From the IMG/VR virus record IMGVR_UViG_3300027797_000016, positions 1 through 64,000 of that record: 64,000 nt of DNA, one strand, 5' to 3'. The position numbers and the translations under genes are program-made. A model generated the notes under the pieces. That model made no database searches. It worked only from the letters and a program-made list of their open reading frames with translations, and was not told the origin of the DNA. Positions 54,452 to 64,000 of the stretch are shown here, one piece after another. Source of the stretch: a virus. The first letter of the stretch is position 1. Each line of letters opens with the position of its first letter.

Positions 54452-55489
54452 AATCAGTCAGCAAGTCCTACGATGGGTTTAATGTTCATAAAGTCGTTAT
54501 ACAGCAACCTGGCGAATATAATGTGGGGTTTCTGTCTAGTTTCAATTGCTGAACTGGTTGCGACTGCCCACAGTATATTCAGTTCTTTTTCAGTCATCAT
54601 AATTGCACTTATTATCCTCAATATTATTCAAATAATCCCATTTCCAAGTTCTTGATGCGAGACTCACATCAAATCCTATGCGATGGACCCAAAATAGAAG
54701 TCCAAAGAGACCATTAGAACCTACATTAATTTGCAGATAAGGCCATCCTGCATAATCGTTAATGGAAAATGAGACCTGAAGTAAACTCCAATTTCTTATA
54801 TTGAGAATTTGTACATAGAAATCCGTTCCAAAATCTTTTCTAACATTAAATTGAATTAGTTTTTTCATTCTTGGAGTTCCTGTGCGAGTTGTATCATATC
54901 ATCACGGTCTAAAACTTGCAAATCATTTTGTGCTGTATAAGACCTTACAGTTTCTGCAGCAACTTGTAGAATTGCAGAAACCAGTTTCTCTTCAGTATCA
55001 GCACCTTGATTGTTTCTACAGTCCCAGATTGCATTCATAAAATCCCGTGCTCTTTCAGTCATTTGCAATTCCCTCCCGATAAGAATTTAAGTTTCTACAG
55101 AACCAAGAAAGAACATCAACAGAAACACCATACCTCCAGATTGTAAGGTCAAATCCAAATAAGGAAGAGTGTCCAACATTTACAAGCAAACCAGAACTTC
55201 CTGCATATTCATTAAGGTCAATATTAAACTGAAGCAGACATAATCGTTTGATTTGTAGAATATTCAGGTAATACTCTTTGCCAAAATCATCAACAAACAG
55301 ATAATCAATTAGTTTCATTGTTTTCATCCTCAAAGTCAAAGTATTCGTGAATTTGTTCCATTACACACATTTCAATATGGTCACAGATAGACTCTTCAGT
55401 CGGGTTCTCAATATGCTTATGAGCACGACGATAACCCCGACACACACCCTCCTCGATTGCTCGTTCCAGTATAACAAGTGTTTTTACTT

Positions 55490-56095
55490 TCATTTGCTCA
55501 ACTCCTTAATACCTTTTTGCAAGTATCCATAATCTCTTGTTTCAGTAATGTTTTTCACTTCTCCACAAACATTACACTTACCTTCCCAGACCGATGATAC
55601 TCTGTCGTGGTATTCTCCATATTTACTTCCACAATCAAAACAAACTACATCAGCATTCTTAAGGGTATCAACAGTCACCTCATTTTCAGCACACATTGCA
55701 GAAATTTCTTCCTCTGTATATTGCTCTGCAGAAGGATTAAGTGCGCGGGAGAGTTTTGCTTTTAGGTCACGAACTTCTGCTTCTAACTTACAGACCTCAT
55801 CACGATAATCCTCAACCAATTTTAGATCATACTCTTCAGCAATCTTACGCATCTCTTCTTCACTACGCATATCATTAAAGGTGACAGCACAAGCACCTTT
55901 CATAATACCCATTTCAGTATGTCCAATCGCACGTGCAAAGTTACTGAAGAGAGTAAAGAGTTGAGTTGAGTTCAGGTCTTGAGCAGGAACCTCAAAGGTA
56001 TAATGCTCCTCTGGAAGTGTCTCATCATCATAGATACCACCAGTGTGGTCCCAAGTGGAATCAAATTTGAGAGTGATTTTTGCTTCGTAGGTCAT
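55490..56095 (-). CDS. Hypothetical protein with C-terminal CxxC-CxxC zinc ribbon (probable start MTYEA)
   Basis: CFDCG...CNVCG...TETRDYGYL. Confidence 0.7.
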   Translation of the reverse strand: MTYEAKITLKFDSTWDHTGGIYDDETLPEEHYTFEVPAQDLNSTQLFTLFSNFARAIGHTEMGIMKGACAVTFNDMRSEEEMRKIAEEYDLKLVEDYRDEVCKLEAEVRDLKAKLSRALNPSAEQYTEEEISAMCAENEVTVDTLKNADVVCFDCGSKYGEYHDRVSSVWEGKCNVCGEVKNITETRDYGYLQKGIKELSK

Positions 56096-56172
56096 TGCTT
56101 TGGATTTGTATGTACATACTATAAGACCCTCAACTGCGAAAGTCAAGGGTCAGTGGACGGTTTGTAAAGTGT

Positions 56173-56358
56173 CTATGAAATCAAAACTTCTTTACATATT
56201 CGTTTACATACTTGTTGATTTTCATCACACTCAATTAGACACTGATAGTAATCGTTAATCAAATCATTATGTTCGTTAGATTTTTCAGTTATTCCTCCAA
56301 GATTTTGAGTAGTATCGTTCCAACCTGCAAGTTGATTAAAGGAAATTAAGTTATGCAT
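56173..56358 (-). CDS. Small Cys-rich hypothetical protein of cyanophage/cyanobacterial type
   Basis: MHNLIS..QL..W...DYYQCLIECD...CKRIC. Confidence 0.7.
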   Translation of the reverse strand: MHNLISFNQLAGWNDTTQNLGGITEKSNEHNDLINDYYQCLIECDENQQVCKRICKEVLIS

Positions 56359-56469
56359 AATAGCCTCTACGCACAAGTAACATTATAATAAAGAGTTTTT
56401 ATGTTGTTGTATTCTCACCTTACTATTTTAACATCATAAGTTCTTTTTGTGTTGATTTCTTAACATATC

Positions 56470-56778
56470 TCAATCTCTTCTCATTTCATCGTCATTACGA
56501 AAGAAATCTGCAATATCATCAACACTATTAAATTTAGTGCGATGGTTTCTGGGATCAGGATCACCCAGGTCAAGAGCATTTAGAAATCCATCAAGACTTT
56601 CTTCAGTCATTTCTGGATTTGCTGCTTTTCTACGTGCTTGTCTTAATATTGATCCAGCACTTCTGTTAGATTTACTTAATTTTTCTGCCCATATTACATC
56701 ACTTAAACTTACTTCTTCTTGATTTGCAATACGATCACATATCTCCTGAAGACGAACACGGTAAGCAGTTGATAACAT
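56470..56778 (-). CDS. Conserved cyanophage hypothetical protein
   Basis: MLSTAYRVRL...LRQARR...LDLGDPDPRNH. Confidence 0.75.
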   Translation of the reverse strand: MLSTAYRVRLQEICDRIANQEEVSLSDVIWAEKLSKSNRSAGSILRQARRKAANPEMTEESLDGFLNALDLGDPDPRNHRTKFNSVDDIADFFRNDDEMRRD

Positions 56779-57467
56779 AATGGTATTATCCAGATATGGT
56801 GTATTTATTGTTCTTTTAACATTTTAAAATACATCTTATAATACTTCTGTTTCATTTTTTGTATATATTCATACTCTTCTGGTTCATCATAACAACTCAA
56901 AAGGTATGAAATTCCCTCCAATTCACTAATCAATCGTGCTATTGTCGTTGGATGCTTTGGATCTACGTTCCATTTCATCTTGTATTTCTTTTGCAAGTTT
57001 ATATGATCTTTGCTCAATATTCCATCTAACAATAGGATTTCGTGGGTCATTTAGTATTATCCATTTTGTTTTCTCATAATGAAGACGCAAAAGATGACTT
57101 GAGTAGGATACAAGACCAGCAACGTTCTCATCAGTTGCAATGAGATATGCGATACAGAAAAATATGAGAAGATAAAGGTATACTGAATTCATTATAAGAA
57201 TAATTACATCTTACTTATTTAATCATTCTCCAGTTCTTATCCTCGTTGTTTTCGTTCATCCAAAACTCATATCGTCCAGAGATACTTTCCAGTTTCATCA
57301 TTCCATCTTTACGGTCGGTGACTCTGCAAGAATGTAGTCGGTCCATATCATATACAAAGATATCCTTCGCATTAGAATTTTTTGGGCTGACATAAACGAA
57401 TTCAGTTTTCATAATGTTTTTAAGTGGTTAAAAGTAGTCTCAAACCTAACAAAGGTATTATACAGGT

Positions 57468-57887
57468 TTATTGAGTATCCGTCAAGTATTGTTGGTACAG
57501 GATGCGTTCATTCCATCTCGCAGCAATTTCGTGGGGTTGTTCCCAGTACTCCAAGTTCTCCATACATTCACCTTTGTAGTATCTTTTAGATGCTTTGAGT
57601 TTTAGTTCTCCTTTACAAAATTGCAGGACATGATATAATTCATGAATCAATGTTTTTGTATAAGTTTCCTTATCCAAGTGAGTATCCAGTTCAATAAGAA
57701 ACTCACGAGGATTGTAATGTCTTCCAGCAACATCACAATATCCATATGCCTGCTCTTTTTTCATACCACGATGAAGAACCTCAATCTCCAGTTTGTGCCT
57801 TGGAAGATGCTTGGATACAAACCAACTCACCACATCTTCACAGAGTGTCTTGGAGTAACCATACCCTTCTGTGTAAAGCGTTAGCAT
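57468..57887 (-). CDS. Zinc metalloprotease-like protein (HExxH)
   Basis: TLIHELYHVLQ...YWEQPHEIAA. Confidence 0.8.
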   Translation of the reverse strand: MLTLYTEGYGYSKTLCEDVVSWFVSKHLPRHKLEIEVLHRGMKKEQAYGYCDVAGRHYNPREFLIELDTHLDKETYTKTLIHELYHVLQFCKGELKLKASKRYYKGECMENLEYWEQPHEIAARWNERILYQQYLTDTQ

Positions 57888-58077
57888 TTAGAATGAGGTG
57901 ATAATGGTGTAAGTCACACGAGTTCCCCATTGCATAAAGGTGAGGAATGAGACGACAAAAATCAGTCTATCAAGGTTAGAAAGGGACATTAGGTCTCTTG
58001 GGTTACTCACCTACTATAAAGCACCTTGCAGACGATCCTGAAGGTGCTTGTGACGGTTTTAGAAGTGGATAAGGTAT

Positions 58078-58410
58078 TTAACTTAAGACAGATGCATTGA
58101 CAATAATATTACCTTCTCTTTGTTTCTCTTTGACTGAACTTCCATTCACAGTAAAGACATTATAATAATATCTACCACTATCAAGAGAAGCAGTTATAGT
58201 ACTTGCCATTGAGATTCTAATTGTACTGGTACTTGTTGTAATTCCAGTCGTAAATGGATAAGTTGTTGTGTCTCCTGCATACTTTGCAAGAAATGCAGAT
58301 GCTGTGTATGATGAAATACCAACAAGAGATTGGTCTGGGTTTTTAAGAATAAAATCTCTTGTAAAATCTTCACCTTGTTGTATTGTGAAGTTCTCTGCGA
58401 TGACTGACAT
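58078..58410 (-). CDS. Virion structural protein (beta-sandwich)
   Basis: TIQQGEDF...TASLDSGRYYYNV...EGNIIV. Confidence 0.75.
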   Translation of the reverse strand: MSVIAENFTIQQGEDFTRDFILKNPDQSLVGISSYTASAFLAKYAGDTTTYPFTTGITTSTSTIRISMASTITASLDSGRYYYNVFTVNGSSVKEKQREGNIIVNASVLS

Positions 58411-58413
58411 TTT

Positions 58414-59742
58414 TTATCTTGTTAATGCTTGGAGTTGTTGATTGGGAAGTCTTTTTGGGTAGTATTTTAAGTATTTGCAATGACAATTAATTCTAGAATT
58501 GCTGGCTATTTCGGTGAGACCTATAATTAACATACTAACATTAATTTTATCTGGAACTACACCTAAATTATCAGTACCCATCAAAATACCATTTCTGGCA
58601 GCAGCAAAATTATTCTCTTTAAATGCAAAGGAAACTTTTGATCCTGTTGCTGCCAACCCAAAATCAATTCCAACTTGATCGTTATATGCACCTCCAGGTC
58701 GAACTCCATTTCTTACAAGAAAATATCCCCCACCAAATCTGGTAGTTATAAAATATTGAATTGTATAAAATGAATCTCCAACTGCAGTACCTGCAACACC
58801 AAATCCTGGATATCCTTCTGGTGCATTGACATTAAACGGGAAATCAGTATGTTCCAATAAAATAGTTCCTTCAGTTCCATTATACCAACTAAAATTATTT
58901 TGTGTTATTATTGCAGTATCTTTATCTCGGGTTCTTGTTGATCCTATTGTGGGTATGTAGGAGGTTGGGAATGCTCCTGCTTCCAGTTGAGCACCCCAGA
59001 TGTAGATACCTGATGTTCCGTCTCCAGTATATTGTGTTGTAGAACCATTATATATTATAATGGATGGGTTATTGGTTGTATTTACTGTACCCTTTGTTGC
59101 AGTTAAAATGCATCTATACCATCCGTTTGGATATGCTATTGTTGTTGCTGATATTGCAGTATAATCTGCACTTGTAAGACCAGTAGATACAATTGCACCA
59201 TTAGATAAATTAAAAATTACTTGTGCAGCGGCATTTAAAAAATTAGAAAGAGATAATGAAACATAACCTCTTTCTGCTGCTTTTGCAAATACACTCAAAG
59301 TTACAGTTTCATTACTTGCAGTTCTTCCAACATAAGCAAAATGTTCTACATTAGATGCAGTATTTTCTACTAATTTCTCTGCACTATTAGTTCCATCAGG
59401 TGCAGTCGTTGCTGATGTATTTGTTGTAATACCTATATTTGATTTAGTCCAAGCAGCATTATCAAACTGCTCACTATAAGTCAACAAATTAGTCCTACTC
59501 TCCTCCACCAACAAACCCAAACTCTCACCAGTCACCGGGTTGTGGTCAAAACGTGCCTCATTGACTCCGGATAACTTAATCAACCCATCAGCACCCGTAT
59601 AAGACCCACCAGATGCTCTTGTGAAGGTGATTCTTGAGTCTAGTGCCTTCACCCGTGCAAAGTTTAGATCCAGAGTTGGTCTAACCTCTGGATAGTCTAA
59701 ATCAGTTGTATCAGCAGAAAGCAGAAAGGTATCAATACTCAT
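58414..59742 (-). CDS. Fibre/spike protein, paralog 1
   Basis: LDLNFA...ITFTRAS...GLLVEESRTNLL...GIYIWGAQLE...PTSYIPT; LamG-like C-terminus. Confidence 0.8.
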   Translation of the reverse strand: MSIDTFLLSADTTDLDYPEVRPTLDLNFARVKALDSRITFTRASGGSYTGADGLIKLSGVNEARFDHNPVTGESLGLLVEESRTNLLTYSEQFDNAAWTKSNIGITTNTSATTAPDGTNSAEKLVENTASNVEHFAYVGRTASNETVTLSVFAKAAERGYVSLSLSNFLNAAAQVIFNLSNGAIVSTGLTSADYTAISATTIAYPNGWYRCILTATKGTVNTTNNPSIIIYNGSTTQYTGDGTSGIYIWGAQLEAGAFPTSYIPTIGSTRTRDKDTAIITQNNFSWYNGTEGTILLEHTDFPFNVNAPEGYPGFGVAGTAVGDSFYTIQYFITTRFGGGYFLVRNGVRPGGAYNDQVGIDFGLAATGSKVSFAFKENNFAAARNGILMGTDNLGVVPDKINVSMLIIGLTEIASNSRINCHCKYLKYYPKRLPNQQLQALTR

Positions 59743-59748
59743 TGTTTA

Positions 59749-60171
59749 TCAGGTAGTGGTTATTCCATATCTCCAAGTCCCAGCTGGAGTTCTAATATAA
59801 AGTCTGTTATTTGTGGTATCATAAATCAACGGAACAGTTCCAATTGGTACTGCAGGTTCTGCACCAGTAGGAGGACCTACAGTAGGAGCACCAGCACAAG
59901 TTGGAATACATAAGAACCCATTTGTTGCGGTGGTTGCTAATGAACTTCCAGCACCAATGACTACATTACCACTATTTGGTTGTAGTGTAAGGTTAGTATA
60001 ATTATTTGTTGTTCCAGTTGTAGGAAAACCAACAATGGTTGTAGTTGATGCAATACCAACGGGTGACTGAATATTTCTTACAGTAATACCAGAAGAGTTC
60101 TGGAATGCAAGTTCACCAAGCATTCCATTGGTAGGAATTTGATTAGAATTTGAGCCTATAAGACTTGCCAT
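59749..60171 (-). CDS. Fibre-associated structural protein
   Basis: NQIPTNGMLGELAFQ; YDTTNNRLYI. Confidence 0.7.
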   Translation of the reverse strand: MASLIGSNSNQIPTNGMLGELAFQNSSGITVRNIQSPVGIASTTTIVGFPTTGTTNNYTNLTLQPNSGNVVIGAGSSLATTATNGFLCIPTCAGAPTVGPPTGAEPAVPIGTVPLIYDTTNNRLYIRTPAGTWRYGITTT

Positions 60172-60195
60172 ATGACTTATACTTTATTTTACTAT

Positions 60196-60546
60196 TTAGA
60201 AGAAGGTTCTCTGTGGATTTTGTGGAGTTACTACATAATCTTCTAACTCATTAGGAAGTGGAATTTCTGGTTTGTTACCATAAACCGTTCTGTAGTTATA
60301 ATGATATCCTTCTATTTGAGTTGGTGGAGTAATGACTTCTCCAACTTCACTATAAACACCATCACCATTAAAAAGAATACCAACCTCATCAATTGCAAAA
60401 GTTTCAGTTTGAGTTGTGATTTCTAATGAGTCTAGTGGTTCATTAGTTTCTGGGTTATATGAAGTATGAGTGTGCTCTGGGATTGTGGAGAACACTTGGA
60501 GTGCTTCTTCTTTGGAAGCGAACTTAAGGAAATAATCTGTTATCAT
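60196..60546 (-). CDS. Fibre assembly/chaperone-like protein
   Basis: DYFLKF...GYHYN.R...VTPQNPQRTF, between fibre genes. Confidence 0.6.
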   Translation of the reverse strand: MITDYFLKFASKEEALQVFSTIPEHTHTSYNPETNEPLDSLEITTQTETFAIDEVGILFNGDGVYSEVGEVITPPTQIEGYHYNYRTVYGNKPEIPLPNELEDYVVTPQNPQRTFF

Positions 60547-60562
60547 GATGTTTTTGTTTTAT

Positions 60563-61894
60563 TTATGATGTGAGGGTTTGGAGTTGGGAGTTAGAAAGAC
60601 GGACTGGGTAGTATGAGAGTCTGGAGATGGTTCCATTTAGGTATCTATTAGTATCACTTTCACGACCAACAACTAATATATTAAATCCACTTTGACTTAT
60701 ATTACCTGTAGCATCCAAAGAAATATTTCCTCCATTTAAACATTGTGAGAAGTAATTTACATCCTCATAATTAAATATCGATTTACCATTTCCTGATGTA
60801 TAAGTATTTGATATAAATTCAACTGCATATGTAAAATCTGTTAAAAATGCAAAACTTCGCATGGTTGATATATACACTCCGGATTCTTGCCCTCCTATTC
60901 TTGAGGACATTCTACGACTAATATTAGAACTATCAAATATACTAACTAAATACATATCTAAAATACTACTTGGGTGAATTTTGTTATTAAAATTCACTAA
61001 GAAACTCCCCTCATCCTGTCTATACCAACTACTAAAGTTCTTACCAGTTATTGATGCATTATCTGCTGCTCGGGTTCTTGTTGATCCTACTGTGGGTATG
61101 TAGGAGGTTGGGAAGGATGCTTGTTCTATTTGGGCGCCCCAGACGTAGATGCCACTGGTGCCGTCTCCTGTGTAAACAGTATTTATACTCGTTGTATTTA
61201 AAGTTACATTAAAATTAACTGCAGTTCCACTACCTGCGGTTGAAGGAATTCCCGTTAAAATACATCTATACCACCCGTTTGGATATTGTTGAATATTTGT
61301 TGTAATTACCGATCCATTTCCTTCTGCTAAAGTACTAACTACACTTCCAGTATCACTATCAAACCAAGCAGATGCTCTATTTCCTGCTGCACCTGCTGCA
61401 ATTATTTGAAATCTTATTCTATATCTTTCTGCAGATTTTATGAAAATAGAAGCAGTATATGTTGCAGATGTTGATCCGGATACATCTAAATTTATAAAAT
61501 GATCTGTGCTTGGACTTGTATCTTCATATAGTTTTTCGCAATCATTAGTTCCATTTGGAGATAAAGTTGCTGCAACATTTGCTGATACAGAAGTCCGGAC
61601 TTTACTCCAAGCAGCATTATCAAACTGCTCACTATAAGTCAACAAATTAGTCCTACTCTCCTCCACCAACAAACCCAAACTCTCACCAGTCACCGGGTTG
61701 TGGTCAAAACGTGCTTCATTTACTCCAGATAACTTAATCAACCCATCAGCACCCACATAAGACCCACCACTAGATCTTGTAAAGGTAATACGGGGGTCTA
61801 GTGTTTTACTATTTGCAAAATCAAGGTCAAGTGTAGGTAGCACAATAGGGTAATCAAGTTCTGCACTGGTATTAAAAACTTGTTTGACTGACAT
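60563..61894 (-). CDS. Fibre/spike protein, paralog 2
   Basis: Same conserved blocks as 58414..59742. Confidence 0.8.
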   Translation of the reverse strand: MSVKQVFNTSAELDYPIVLPTLDLDFANSKTLDPRITFTRSSGGSYVGADGLIKLSGVNEARFDHNPVTGESLGLLVEESRTNLLTYSEQFDNAAWSKVRTSVSANVAATLSPNGTNDCEKLYEDTSPSTDHFINLDVSGSTSATYTASIFIKSAERYRIRFQIIAAGAAGNRASAWFDSDTGSVVSTLAEGNGSVITTNIQQYPNGWYRCILTGIPSTAGSGTAVNFNVTLNTTSINTVYTGDGTSGIYVWGAQIEQASFPTSYIPTVGSTRTRAADNASITGKNFSSWYRQDEGSFLVNFNNKIHPSSILDMYLVSIFDSSNISRRMSSRIGGQESGVYISTMRSFAFLTDFTYAVEFISNTYTSGNGKSIFNYEDVNYFSQCLNGGNISLDATGNISQSGFNILVVGRESDTNRYLNGTISRLSYYPVRLSNSQLQTLTS

Positions 61895-61913
61895 ATTATT
61901 AGTTTATTTTTAT

Positions 61914-63515
61914 TTAGACTGTGATTCCACTTCTTATAACCTTTAATGTATTATTACGATATGTAGGTGAGAATAATAACCGTGCATTTGCTCCGCTAAT
62001 ATCAGCACCAAAAGAACCTAAAACCTCACTATTTGCAAGACTTGCATATTCTATATAATCACAAGCAGTCGCAGCAGAACCAACACTTTGTAAAATCATA
62101 ATATCAGTACTTTGATAGTTTCTCACTACACTTGTGGCAGGAAAACTAAATCCAGACCCTAATGCACCCAATGTTGCACTTAATGTATTTCCAGTCACAT
62201 AACCACTTCCGGGAGATACAATCACAACAGATGCAACTCCACCAGATTTAGTCATTGTATTACCAACACCAGCAAAGGTAGTTGTTCCAATACCAGTGAC
62301 TTGAGACCCTGCCTGATTATAAAAGAGTCTTAATGCAGTAGTACCAACACCAACTGCAAAGTAAATATTACCCGCAGTCACTGCAAACCCAGTAAATCCA
62401 GAGTTTGGAATACTAGATGCAAATGAGACTGCAATTGATGATGCAGTTCCTAGTCCGTGAACTGCAGTAGTTACAATTAAATTAGATGCACTTGTAAATC
62501 CAACTGCATTAAAGGAAAGTCCAATACCAATATTTGCTCTTGCATCATTACCACTACCACCAGTAATAGCAACATTCGTATAAGATGCTTCTGTAAATCC
62601 AGCACCAGCAGTGATTGTACCAACTGATGTAAGATTCGTAGACATTCCTGATGTAATCAGTTGTCCGGTGCAAGCAATCGAGACTTGATATCTTGCAGTC
62701 TGGAATGTTGCAGTAGGAAGACTATCTAATACTTGATTCGCAGTGGTTGCAGTAGTGGTAAGAATACCAGAGGTTTGAGAACCTATGACTCCAGTATTAA
62801 ATGTTGCTGATGTAGTAACTCCAGAAACATTTAGATTAGTTGCAGATGCACTTCCTAATATTGGTGTGACTAATGTAGGACTAGTAGCAAATACAGCAGC
62901 ACCAGTACCAGTCTCATCAGTAAGTGCTGCTGCTAGATTAGAACTTGATGGTGTTGCAAGGAAAGTAGCAACGTTAGCAGCAAGACCAGAAATACCTGTA
63001 GAAACCGGTAGTCCAGTACAATTTGTAAGAGTACCAGATTGTGGAGTTCCTAATATTGGTGTGACTAATGTAGGACTAGTAGCAAATACAGCAGCACCAG
63101 AACCAACATTATCAGTAAGTGCTGTTAAGAGTTGTAGTGATGTAAAAGACCCCAATGATGTTGCGGTATTAACTGATGTGATTGCACCAGTGAGATTAGG
63201 TATATTAGTTGTTGAGGTTGCAGTTCCACTGACTGCACCACTAAATGATGTTGCAGTAATGATACCTGCAGTTACATTTGCAAGTGTTGTGATACCAGTT
63301 ACATTTAAGTCAGTAAAGGTATTGGGTGCATTTGCGATTGCAGTTTCGATTGTTGCAGTTGTGGTTGCATCTAATGAAGCAATGTTTCTTAACTGTCTTC
63401 CTGCACTGATGACTTCTGTGTTACCAATACTTACTGATGTGACTGATGTGATACCAGCATTTACAATATTTCTACTATCATCGATGATAGTAGAGTTTGA
63501 AATTTTAATTGCCAC
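61914..63515 (-). CDS. Tail fibre-like structural protein
   Basis: G/T/S/A-rich; GAAVFATSPTLVTPILG twice; GTG start after CTAAATA. Confidence 0.75.
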   Translation of the reverse strand: MAIKISNSTIIDDSRNIVNAGITSVTSVSIGNTEVISAGRQLRNIASLDATTTATIETAIANAPNTFTDLNVTGITTLANVTAGIITATSFSGAVSGTATSTTNIPNLTGAITSVNTATSLGSFTSLQLLTALTDNVGSGAAVFATSPTLVTPILGTPQSGTLTNCTGLPVSTGISGLAANVATFLATPSSSNLAAALTDETGTGAAVFATSPTLVTPILGSASATNLNVSGVTTSATFNTGVIGSQTSGILTTTATTANQVLDSLPTATFQTARYQVSIACTGQLITSGMSTNLTSVGTITAGAGFTEASYTNVAITGGSGNDARANIGIGLSFNAVGFTSASNLIVTTAVHGLGTASSIAVSFASSIPNSGFTGFAVTAGNIYFAVGVGTTALRLFYNQAGSQVTGIGTTTFAGVGNTMTKSGGVASVVIVSPGSGYVTGNTLSATLGALGSGFSFPATSVVRNYQSTDIMILQSVGSAATACDYIEYASLANSEVLGSFGADISGANARLLFSPTYRNNTLKVIRSGITV

Positions 63516-63542
63516 CGTCTTCGTTTACACTAGGGGTTATTG

Positions 63543-64000
63543 TTATTTAGTTAATGCTTGGAGTTGAGCGTTGGTAAGTCTTTTTTGGTAGTATGAGAGT
63601 CTGGAGATGGTGTACTGTCCAATTGTAGTTCTTTGATCAGTATTTTTTCCAAATTCTAATTGATTAAATCCTGGAGAAGTTGCGTATATATTACCACTTC
63701 CTGTTCCTATTGTCCCATTTAATGCAGAAATAATTGGAGATGAATTTATATTGTAAGATTGAATTACTTTTTGAAAATTATTATTTGTTAAAGAAAATTG
63801 TGGATATAAATTTGTTCCTCCAACATTATATTGAGTATGAATACTGTTTGATATAGTTAGTAATCTAAAGTAATTATTAATCGTTCCAAATGTGGTTGCT
63901 GGGTAATTATTAATACTCCATATATTATTAGTAATATTTAATTCAGTTTTAAATTGTGCAAAAAATGTCCCCTCATCCTGCCGATACCACTCTCTAAAGT
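63543..64000 (-). CDS. Fibre/spike protein, paralog 3 (C-terminal part; runs off the window)
   Basis: WYRQDEGTF...TISRLSYYQKRLTNAQLQALTK*. Confidence 0.8.
   Translation of the reverse strand, partial: FREWYRQDEGTFFAQFKTELNITNNIWSINNYPATTFGTINNYFRLLTISNSIHTQYNVGGTNLYPQFSLTNNNFQKVIQSYNINSSPIISALNGTIGTGSGNIYATSPGFNQLEFGKNTDQRTTIGQYTISRLSYYQKRLTNAQLQALTK

Noticed and set aside
5579-58070. True integron/attC array
   Set aside because: No integrase and no GTTRRRY cores; the repeats have clear promoter architecture
58414-64000. Diversity-generating retroelement acting on fibre genes
   Set aside because: No reverse transcriptase in the window, and differences between repeats are not adenine-specific

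Overview
A 64-kb segment of a T4-like (myovirus) cyanophage genome, probably infecting picocyanobacteria. Evidence: petF ferredoxin, an NblA-like ORF, a cyanobacterial-type permuted tmRNA, T4-type late promoters (xTAAATA), T4 internal-protein-like N-termini and tail-fibre-like genes. Almost all real genes are on the minus strand; most plus-strand ORFs in the track are antisense shadows. Layout: (1) 0.6-2.8 kb, a mostly non-coding, origin-like region with ~72-bp periodic repeats and a perfect sigma70 promoter, flanked by two HNH genes. (2) 3-58 kb, a hypervariable early region of well over 100 small ORFs. It is divided by about 33 copies of one promoter cassette (palindromic GTGCCA/GGACAC box pair upstream of -35/-10). 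It also holds a helicase, a methyltransferase/putative endonuclease pair, five tRNAs, a two-piece tmRNA, a cluster of late-expressed candidate capsid-internal proteins and three free-standing homing endonucleases. (3) 58-64 kb, late structural/tail-fibre genes. Strongest unusual signals: (a) a circularly permuted tmRNA whose intervening segment holds a tRNA-Trp and whose tag ends in -AV; (b) a co-varying 'late promoter - small RNA - terminator - late promoter' antisense module in front of all three homing endonuclease genes; (c) promoter cassettes that supply the stop codons of upstream genes and bound a mosaic set of shuffled paralogs. All calls were made by eye; no searches were run.
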